A stretch of 42,459 bases of DNA from IMG/VR virus record IMGVR_UViG_3300031566_000116, positions 1 to 42,459 of that record; one strand, written 5' to 3'. The position numbers and the translations under genes were made by a program. A model generated the notes under the pieces. It saw only the letters and a list, made by a program, of their open reading frames with translations, was not told the DNA's origin and searched no databases. This document shows, piece by piece, positions 7,456 through 13,531 of the stretch (the stretch's first letter is position 1; the number at the start of each line of letters is the position of its first letter). This DNA is from a virus.

Positions 7456-7698
7456 TTAGGCTTCATTTGCTATCGCACCACAATTCCAATGTTCCCAATT
7501 TGTACATTTTCCTGTTTCTCTATTTACTCTACGCATCCACAGTTCAGTCACAGGCATTATTGCCGTGCCATTGGGAACTACACACTCCTTTTCTGTTTTA
7601 GTTTCTTTAAACTCATTTGAGCAGTTTGAACATACTGTATAATCACCGAAGTAGTAGAATTTATTCTCACCACATTCACATTTAATACATCCTTCCAT
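7456..7698 (-). CDS. small zinc-ribbon protein (80 aa)
   Basis: Track ORF with CIKCEC...CSNC. Its stop TAA lies inside GCCTAAC-GTTGA, a box A half-element. Confidence 0.6.
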   Translation of the reverse strand: MEGCIKCECGENKFYYFGDYTVCSNCSNEFKETKTEKECVVPNGTAIMPVTELWMRRVNRETGKCTNWEHWNCGAIANEA

Positions 7699-7734
7699 CT
7701 TTTTAGTTATTTATCCCACCACACAAAAACGAAA

Positions 7735-7852
7735 GCCTAACAAAGTATAAATGCCATTGTATCGGCTCATTTATGTAGTTAAGTGGTTATTATTAATATT
7801 TGTTTTTCAATTCAATTTCAGTTCTCAACGGCACTTATACAAACCGTTAGGC
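7735..7852 (-). repeat. structured intergenic element E4
   Basis: Minus strand: GCCTAAC-GGTTT-GTATAAGTGCC...GGCATTTATAC-TTT-GTTAGGC. It has a perfect 7-bp lower stem and an 11-bp upper stem with 1 G:T pair. It starts 1 nt after the stop of gene 7854..8081. Confidence 0.85.
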
Positions 7853-7853
7853 A

Positions 7854-8081
7854 CTATTGCTTTTGATCTAAATAGTTATCTACACATTCATCGTTTGCTT
7901 GTGATGTCTTGTCGCTTTCTGAATAGTCCGCAAAAAGCAACAGTTCACTTCGTTGCCTAACATTGTATAAAATCAATAAAGATTCTATCAATTCATCTTT
8001 GCGCTTCCTTGAAAGCATAGTCTTGTCTACTAGTTCTGTTATTTCTTGTTTCATATCTTTACTGTTTTTATACTTGTCCAT
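7854..8081 (-). CDS. hypothetical protein (75 aa)
   Basis: Track ORF in the same-strand array. No motif recognised. Confidence 0.6.
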   Translation of the reverse strand: MDKYKNSKDMKQEITELVDKTMLSRKRKDELIESLLILYNVRQRSELLLFADYSESDKTSQANDECVDNYLDQKQ

Positions 8082-8098
8082 TGTAGTTCATAAAAATG

Positions 8099-8344
8099 CT
8101 ATTCTTTATGCCTACATACTTCTTTAGTGTCTAACACAACCTCTTCATATCTACAACTACCTGAGTGCTTACAGTCGCATTTTAACGCAACCACAACACG
8201 CTGTATAGGTAAATTATTAACTATACTCAGTGCTTCACTTACTTCTTTCCTGCTTTGTTCGGAGTGTTGCTCTCCACCGTTTACCATGCTACTCAATAGT
8301 GCAATGGTGCTACGTAATTTATTTTGTTCGTCTTTTGTAATCAT
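8099..8344 (-). CDS. hypothetical protein (81 aa)
   Basis: Track ORF with a C-terminal Cys cluster CDCKHSGSC...C. Confidence 0.6.
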   Translation of the reverse strand: MITKDEQNKLRSTIALLSSMVNGGEQHSEQSRKEVSEALSIVNNLPIQRVVVALKCDCKHSGSCRYEEVVLDTKEVCRHKE

Positions 8345-8402
8345 CTTTAGTTCTTTTTATCCGTTAATAATCAACCCATACAGCCATCCATTATGGTTCA
8401 TG

Positions 8403-8693
8403 CTAAGAACCGCTACGTTCAAGTTCATCAAACAATTGATTTGCCATATCAACAGATAATTTTGACAGATAAATGCCCCAATGTTTTAATCCTTGGTATT
8501 CATCTTTTGGTATTCCGATATAATCAGCAGCAGATTGAATGCTTGCATTATTGCCCTCTGCAATTATATTTGCTTTCATTATTTCTAAAGCAAAATGTTC
8601 TTTTTTTGTAAGTCCAAAATAAACATCATGCTGAATAGTTCCATCATGATTTGTGTAAGGAGCTGGATTTTTAGGTGTTTCTGAATTTTTCAT
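8403..8693 (-). CDS. hypothetical protein (96 aa)
   Basis: Track ORF. No motif recognised. Confidence 0.6.
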   Translation of the reverse strand: MKNSETPKNPAPYTNHDGTIQHDVYFGLTKKEHFALEIMKANIIAEGNNASIQSAADYIGIPKDEYQGLKHWGIYLSKLSVDMANQLFDELERSGS

Positions 8694-8743
8694 TTTGTTT
8701 CATATTTAATTGATTAATAATTACTTTAATAAAGCACGAAACC

Positions 8744-8871
8744 ATAACACACGGTATAAAACAAAGCGGTTTCAGTGCTATTTTTTGGGCTTTGTTTTCC
8801 GTTCAAACTTCGGTGGTTGTTGACAGTTCATCGCTCGCAATCCGCTTCGATTTTATACCGCCAAACGTTAG
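8744..8871 (-). repeat. structured intergenic element E5
   Basis: Minus strand: GCTAAC-GTTTGG-CGGTATAAAATCGAAGCGG...CCGCTTTGTTTTATACCG-TGT-GTTAT. The 18-bp stem has 1 G:T pair and 1 bulged T. The TAA in box A is the stop of gene 8868..9155. Confidence 0.75.
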
Positions 8872-9155
8872 CGAGAATGAGAGCGATTGTCCGCAAAATA
8901 TGGAGCATCATAAACATTCTTGCCAGTTAAATCAGTTATTTTCTCGAAGTGATTGTATGGTTTGGTAAAACAGCCACCTTTACATTTTACTGTCATTACT
9001 TTATCCCAACATTCCATCACCTGCAGAGCATCTTTTTGCTGTGCCTTTGAATATCCTTGTAATGTTGATACGATAAAATAATCACTCTCGCTAACATCAG
9101 CTATGTTTAAGCTGGGGGTTAGCGTAATTTTCAAGTCCTCAATCTGTTTTTTCAT
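8868..9155 (-). CDS. hypothetical protein (95 aa)
   Basis: Track ORF. No motif recognised. Confidence 0.6.
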   Translation of the reverse strand: MKKQIEDLKITLTPSLNIADVSESDYFIVSTLQGYSKAQQKDALQVMECWDKVMTVKCKGGCFTKPYNHFEKITDLTGKNVYDAPYFADNRSHSR

Positions 9156-9224
9156 TTTGTGTATTTTGATACGTTTGTAATTTTAAATCCCAGCCTAAAC
9201 ATAGCTGTAGCGTTAGCAACAAGC

Positions 9225-9470
9225 CTAAGCATCCTGCATATATTCCGTAAGTTTTTTAAGTAAATTATTTAGGTACTCAACACCTATAGCCTTTGCATCT
9301 TCCAGTTCGTATTCAACGCCAACCCAATCATTGTTTATCATTACATCATAGCTAGGTCGGTCTTTCCAACTTTTCCATTCTATTATCATTCTACCTATTG
9401 GCGTTTCTGCAATCACATGGTCATAAAAACTTACTCCCTCGGTTGCTTTTGTTGGCTCTGTCCATTTCAT
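9225..9470 (-). CDS. hypothetical protein (81 aa)
   Basis: Track ORF. No motif recognised. Confidence 0.6.
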   Translation of the reverse strand: MKWTEPTKATEGVSFYDHVIAETPIGRMIIEWKSWKDRPSYDVMINNDWVGVEYELEDAKAIGVEYLNNLLKKLTEYMQDA

Positions 9471-9495
9471 AATATCTCTAGTTTAAAGGCCAGTT

Positions 9496-9589
9496 GCTAA
9501 CAATATGTATAGCAAAAAGCCGTAATTAATATTTGTTCTTCGATTGGTTTTTTGGTGGTACGGCTTCATGCCATACATTTAACGTTAGC
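9496..9589 (-). repeat. structured intergenic element E6
   Basis: Minus strand: GCTAAC-GTTAA-ATGTATGGC-ATG-AAGCCGTA...TACGGCTT-TTT-GCTATACAT-ATT-GTTAGC. It has a 6-bp lower stem and 9-bp plus 8-bp upper stems with 1 G:T pair. Confidence 0.8.
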
Positions 9590-9599
9590 GATCAGTTTG

Positions 9600-9881
9600 C
9601 TAATCGACTTTACGACCGCAAAAATCACATATATAGAAGTTACCAATGTTATTGCCGTTTTCATCGGTGCAATGTTCGCAAACCGAAACGCTAACATTTT
9701 GGATAGTTAATCTGCTTTTAGGTTCTAGCAGAATGCCAGTGCCCGCCTTGTAAGCAAGTTCAGCCATCTTATTTAGTGCTTCCATTAGCTCTTCGCTAGG
9801 TTTAAAGTTCTCTCCTCTGAATGTTGCGTGTCCGTGTTTTAATGGAATATGCGTGTGTCCTTCTGTTTCGTAAGTTGCCAT
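9600..9881 (-). CDS. small His-rich / zinc-ribbon protein (93 aa)
   Basis: Track ORF with N-terminal GHTHIPLKHGH and C-terminal CEHC...CDFC. Confidence 0.6.
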   Translation of the reverse strand: MATYETEGHTHIPLKHGHATFRGENFKPSEELMEALNKMAELAYKAGTGILLEPKSRLTIQNVSVSVCEHCTDENGNNIGNFYICDFCGRKVD

Positions 9882-9972
9882 CGCTGTTTTGTATTTTGAA
9901 GTTAGTATTTTCTAGTAGTTTGGCTATTTTAGTAGGGGCAGCCTACCCATCCAAGTTATCCATTGTGCGTAA

Positions 9973-10227
9973 TTATACGCCGCCCTTTTCAAAGCTATCA
10001 GGTTTAGCTTGTTTCTCACAAGCTGATTCCATCATTGCTAAATATTTATCAATGACATTTAAGTCTGGATTTTCTTTTTCAATTTCCTCTTTAGCATTTA
10101 TATGTAATAAGTGCATATAGCTTTTATGCCCTTTATATCCAAATACTAAACTAATTGTATGTTGCATTTCAAAGGCTGCAACTGTTATTGTAAAAAACTT
10201 TCTGAGTGCATCTATTTTTTTGTCCAT
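9973..10227 (-). CDS. hypothetical protein (84 aa)
   Basis: ATG at 10227 (MDKKIDALRKFF...) chosen. The track start at 10251 is a TTG codon inside the degenerate element E8. Confidence 0.55.
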   Translation of the reverse strand: MDKKIDALRKFFTITVAAFEMQHTISLVFGYKGHKSYMHLLHINAKEEIEKENPDLNVIDKYLAMMESACEKQAKPDSFEKGGV

Positions 10228-10234
10228 AAGAATA

Positions 10235-10331
10235 ATAACTACGCACAACAACAGCTAAAAAACATAGCCAATAAGGCAGTAAGTAATTTGAAGCGTTCTA
10301 CATGGCTACGCTTCATAGCCCAAAGTTATAG
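10235..10331 (-). repeat. degenerate structured intergenic element E8
   Basis: Minus strand: CTATAAC-TTTGG-GCTATGAAGCGTAGCC...GGCTATGTTTTTTAGC-(14 nt)-GTTAT. The 16-bp stem has 3 G:T pairs and 1 T:T mismatch. An alternative inner hairpin TGAAGCGT/ACGCTTCA is possible. Confidence 0.5.
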
Positions 10332-10394
10332 TTAACCCTATCGGGTCGCTATCGCTTAATAATAACACGGTACATAAACAATAAATAAAATTGC

Positions 10395-10568
10395 CTACGC
10401 ACGGGAAAATCCGTTATTCTTAAACATGCGGTCAACTAATCTAATCCAGCGCTTACGTATTATTTCTTCATATTCGCCAACTCCAAGCATCGCTTCCATT
10501 TCATCACGCATGCAAACTATAGCGTTTAGTTGAGCTTCAGTAATTTCTAATTTTATCTTTTTTGCCAT
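10395..10568 (-). CDS. hypothetical protein (57 aa, below the ORF-track cutoff)
   Basis: Hand translation gives MAKKIKLEITEAQLNAIVCMRDEMEAMLGVGEYEEIIRKRWIRLVDRMFKNNGFSRA. It fills an otherwise 500-nt gap in the same-strand array. Confidence 0.5.
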   Translation of the reverse strand: MAKKIKLEITEAQLNAIVCMRDEMEAMLGVGEYEEIIRKRWIRLVDRMFKNNGFSRA

Positions 10569-10619
10569 CGCTTAAAAATTTTATTTACAGTTCATGTACC
10601 CATTCGTTAATCTTATATT

Positions 10620-10760
10620 TTAATTGTTAATTCCCAATATTCCACACCACTCAGCCCACATGACCGAAGCCATAACCTCAGCGTTGCCATTAAATTTATT
10701 GAAGTTCTCAAGTGCCGTTTCAATACTCACGGCTTTTTGGTTTAAAATGTTTTCTAACAT
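10620..10760 (-). CDS. hypothetical protein (46 aa)
   Basis: Hand translation gives MLENILNQKAVSIETALENFNKFNGNAEVMASVMWAEWCGILGINN. Its ATG overlaps the upstream stop (ATGTTAG), which suggests translational coupling. Confidence 0.4.
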   Translation of the reverse strand: MLENILNQKAVSIETALENFNKFNGNAEVMASVMWAEWCGILGINN

Positions 10761-10942
10761 GGGTTTAGGTTTTTAAATCCGTTAATCAAAAATATTTGTT
10801 CCTCTGGATGAATGCTCCACGTTCTTTTTTTAATTATTGGAACGTTATCCGAATCAACTTGTAAAAAAGTATTAATACCGCTAATTCTTGTTTTCAACAA
10901 GCGGAGATGCACCCCGCTTGTTGCATGTTTAAAGACCTCCAT
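10754..10942 (-). CDS. hypothetical protein (62 aa)
   Basis: Track ORF. No motif recognised. Confidence 0.5.
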   Translation of the reverse strand: MEVFKHATSGVHLRLLKTRISGINTFLQVDSDNVPIIKKRTWSIHPEEQIFLINGFKNLNPC

Positions 10943-11114
10943 TTTTTAATATTTTATTTAAGCTGTTGTTTGCTTTTTTCTCTGTATCTGTTCTATCCCA
11001 AACTGTTCCTAAAAAGTCTATGACGAAATAAGTAGATTTACCATTGAACTCTATTTTAAAACCTTTTTCTTCTCTTAGCGTTTTCATAACTTTTACTTTT
11101 TTAGTACACTTCAA
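10929..11114 (-). CDS. hypothetical protein (61 aa)
   Basis: Track ORF. No motif recognised. Confidence 0.5.
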   Translation of the reverse strand: MKCTKKVKVMKTLREEKGFKIEFNGKSTYFVIDFLGTVWDRTDTEKKANNSLNKILKNGGL

Positions 11115-11158
11115 AGATACACCTTTTAAATTAAAAACAAAACAATTTTAAAATATAT

Positions 11159-11515
11159 TTACATTTTATTTATTCGTTCGTCGTTTTCGGTCACAATTAA
11201 CACCACTTTATTTTCTACTCCCTTCTTAGATGATAGCTTTACGCTTAATACAATGCTATAAGCGTCATCCTCAAACAAACAATCTTCAATCAGCTTATAC
11301 ATAGCCGCGCAATTTGACGCGTCCAATGGTCTTGTTTTAAACTCAAAATTAACTTCGACGTCGTACGCTCCTGATTTACTAAATGGCTTATATTTATTCA
11401 GCATTAATTTGTAGGTGTTTTTAATGTTATTTCTTACAGTCCAATGGGCTCCAGCATACCATTTATTTAATGATACTTTTGGTAGATTTTTAATTATTAT
11501 TTCGTGTCTTATCAT
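11159..11515 (-). CDS. rusA: RusA-like Holliday junction resolvase
   Basis: 118 aa. The N-terminal LPKVSLNKWYAGAHWTVRNNIK and central RPLDASNCAAMYKLIEDCLFEDD follow the RusA pattern (SxN..Y....R and D.DN.......D.L...DD). Confidence 0.6.
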   Translation of the reverse strand: MIRHEIIIKNLPKVSLNKWYAGAHWTVRNNIKNTYKLMLNKYKPFSKSGAYDVEVNFEFKTRPLDASNCAAMYKLIEDCLFEDDAYSIVLSVKLSSKKGVENKVVLIVTENDERINKM

Positions 11516-11786
11516 TATGGTGGTTTTCGTGGCATATTCTACAAAGTATAGTAATGTTATTAACGTCGTAGGCTAGCTCGCAATTCCCGTTCATTTGGCA
11601 ATCATTAACGCTTATGTCGTGCGAGCAATCTAAATAAGTTCCTGATGAGATACCGCAATGTTCGCAAAAATGGTAGCCGTGTTCGTTTATTTGCTCGTTC
11701 AGCTTCTCTTGTTTGGCTAACCTCACACGCCTATCAATTACATTTTTAGGTATGCTATTACCGTGTGAATCTTTGTAGCTGTTCAT
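11490..11786 (-). CDS. HNH endonuclease (98 aa)
   Basis: CEHCG...CSHDISVN...NITILCRICHENHH matches the HNH/zinc-finger nuclease core. Confidence 0.75.
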   Translation of the reverse strand: MNSYKDSHGNSIPKNVIDRRVRLAKQEKLNEQINEHGYHFCEHCGISSGTYLDCSHDISVNDCQMNGNCELAYDVNNITILCRICHENHHNDKTRNNN

Positions 11787-12148
11787 GGCATTAATTTGCT
11801 TTTGTAGTGGTTTATAATCCTATCAGTTTCAGACTTGTAAAAGTCTTTAAATCCTTTGTCGCTTCCTGTTTGTTGTTTATGTAGAACATGAAGCGTATTT
11901 CTTAAACGTTGGCTTTGCGTTTTTGGAGTATCATACAAATCAGAATCAAGACTATCCAAATCCTTTATCTCCTCTTCTGTGAGTTTATTCTCAGGCTTAA
12001 AATATAAATACCCAAACATATCTAGCATACTATCTATATCCGCAATCTCTCCAGATGTCTTTTCGCAAGTCTCAAACCTTACAGATACAGACCTGTCTTT
12101 CTTTCGTGCATAGCCAACTATTTGAGCGGCTGTTATTAGTTTTTTCAT
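11783..12148 (-). CDS. hypothetical protein (121 aa)
   Basis: Track ORF with an ATGA overlap to the HNH gene. No motif recognised. Confidence 0.6.
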   Translation of the reverse strand: MKKLITAAQIVGYARKKDRSVSVRFETCEKTSGEIADIDSMLDMFGYLYFKPENKLTEEEIKDLDSLDSDLYDTPKTQSQRLRNTLHVLHKQQTGSDKGFKDFYKSETDRIINHYKSKLMP

Positions 12149-12153
12149 CTTAT

Positions 12154-12387
12154 CTATATTAAAATTTTAGCTTCAATCTTAACCCCGCCTATCAAATTTT
12201 TAACGATGTGCCATGGGTGAGAACTCTTATTTGCAAGCCCTCTATTAATATACTCATTCGCCCATGTTTGCTTTGCTAGTGTTTCGGTCAGCGCGTCGGT
12301 TGCTTGCGTGTCAACTTCGATAGTTTTAGTTATTACCGCGTGCGCTCCCGCTGTTCTTGTTATTGTTAATCTAACGCTTGTTTTCAT
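12154..12387 (-). CDS. hypothetical protein (77 aa)
   Basis: Track ORF. No motif recognised. Confidence 0.55.
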   Translation of the reverse strand: MKTSVRLTITRTAGAHAVITKTIEVDTQATDALTETLAKQTWANEYINRGLANKSSHPWHIVKNLIGGVKIEAKILI

Positions 12388-12399
12388 CGTTCTTATTTT

Positions 12400-13398
12400 T
12401 TAAAATAATTGAGGCGTTCTTAATATTTCTAAACATCTCTTATTGCTCATATTTACATACTTCTGCTCTACATCAAAACCTATAAAGTTTCTACCTTCTT
12501 TTGCACTCATAGCGCACTCTGTACCACTTCCAGCAAAAGGAACAACTACAAGGTCATTCTTTCGGCTGCAAGTCAAAATTAAGGCTCTTGTAAGGGATTC
12601 AGGCTTTACCGTTTCGTGGTCGTATTTTGCGCCAGTTTTTACAGCTTCATTACTATAATTTAAAACCTCTTGTAAGTTAAATACATTGTTAAATGGTCGC
12701 CTTAGTTCTTCGTATTCCTTTCTAAGTTCTTCGTATTCCTTTCTAAGTTCTTCGTATGGTTTATTTAAGTATTCAAATTTTAAATACTCCCGAATTGTAT
12801 CATATTGTTCTTCTGTAATTACATTGTCACCATTTAGCCAATTAGAAACACAACCAGTTAACCCACCTGTTCGGCTTGGAAATAATTTAGCAATTTCTTT
12901 ATTAGTAATATTTGCGTTCTTAACCTCAACTTTCAAATACTTACTAAATGGGTTTTTTGGTTTTAAAAATTGTTCAAAAATTAATTCTCCTCCTGTTTTT
13001 TGTCCTCTTTGCTCATACATTAAAATCCTTTCGGTGCAAGGTGCAAAACTTCTTAATCCTTCGCTTTCTTCCAATCCCATAAAAGAGCCTTTATTCCAAA
13101 CTAAGCTATTTATAAGGTTAAAGTATTTATCAAGTATAATCTGAACGTATGCAATATTTTTAGATGAACCATACCAAAATAAAGTACCATTATCAGAAAG
13201 CACACGCTTGCACTCAATAGCCCACTTTTCAACATCTACTAAAAATTCATCTCTACTATTCCAAATAAAATCAAAGTCGCCTTTTACTCCAAAGTAAGGG
13301 CTATCTGCAATAATTAAATTACCTATTTTATCAGGCAGGTTATTATTTAGCCAATTGTCGCAATAAACCTTATTAAATTCCCTCATTTCTCTCATCAT
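12400..13398 (-). CDS. DNA methyltransferase (N6-adenine or N4-cytosine, beta class)
   Basis: 332 aa. A motif IV-like IIADSPYF precedes the motif I VVPFAGSGTE, the beta-class order of the N-4/N-6 methylase family. Carries an in-frame EELRKEY tandem repeat. Confidence 0.85.
   Translation of the reverse strand: MMREMREFNKVYCDNWLNNNLPDKIGNLIIADSPYFGVKGDFDFIWNSRDEFLVDVEKWAIECKRVLSDNGTLFWYGSSKNIAYVQIILDKYFNLINSLVWNKGSFMGLEESEGLRSFAPCTERILMYEQRGQKTGGELIFEQFLKPKNPFSKYLKVEVKNANITNKEIAKLFPSRTGGLTGCVSNWLNGDNVITEEQYDTIREYLKFEYLNKPYEELRKEYEELRKEYEELRRPFNNVFNLQEVLNYSNEAVKTGAKYDHETVKPESLTRALILTCSRKNDLVVVPFAGSGTECAMSAKEGRNFIGFDVEQKYVNMSNKRCLEILRTPQLF
12702..12759. repeat. 21-bp tandem repeat (about 2.8 copies) inside the methyltransferase gene
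   Basis: T(T/A)AGTTCTTCGTATTCCTTTC is repeated head to tail. It encodes PYEELRKEYEELRKEYEELRRP. Confidence 0.9.
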
Positions 13399-13522
13399 TC
13401 TTACTTTTATAAAATTCGTATAGTTCTTTTATGTGTATTCGTTTTAAGGGCTTTTTAAGCCTCTCTTTTAGCTTAGTCTGTATTCTCGCCTTAATAGCTT
13501 CGTTTAGTTCGTCGTTCGTCAT
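13373..13522 (-). CDS. possible small basic protein (49 aa)
   Basis: Hand translation gives MTNDELNEAIKARIQTKLKERLKKPLKRIHIKELYEFYKSKNDERNEGI. It fills the primase-to-methylase gap but overlaps the methylase start by 26 nt. Confidence 0.3.
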   Translation of the reverse strand: MTNDELNEAIKARIQTKLKERLKKPLKRIHIKELYEFYKSKNDERNEGI

Positions 13523-13531
13523 ATTTCAAGT

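Noticed and set aside
6370-9589. Possibility that the regularly spaced intergenic repeats are a CRISPR array
   Set aside because: The repeats are imperfect inverted repeats (hairpins) of differing sequence, not identical direct repeats. The intervening segments are 200-290-nt protein-coding ORFs, and no cas genes are present.
6370-10331. Calling the array a bona fide integron
   Set aside because: The genome has no tyrosine-recombinase (IntI) gene and no attI. Several boxes deviate from RYYYAAC/GTTRRRY (for example CTATAAC/GTTATAG). The G:T bias fits RNA folding at least as well. The resemblance is reported only as a hypothesis.
12686-13144. Plus-strand 152-aa ORF, and similar antisense ORFs at 1087..1281, 1462..1662, 3006..3191, 7255..7620, 8127..8459, 9821..10120, 15162..15512, 22822..23259, 33675..33977, 35855..36232, 36543..37039, 37202..37678, 37856..38179 and 39736..40017
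   Set aside because: All are embedded antisense in longer ORFs that have recognisable motifs or operon context. Their translations are Ser/Leu/Phe-rich and low-complexity, and some span two real genes.
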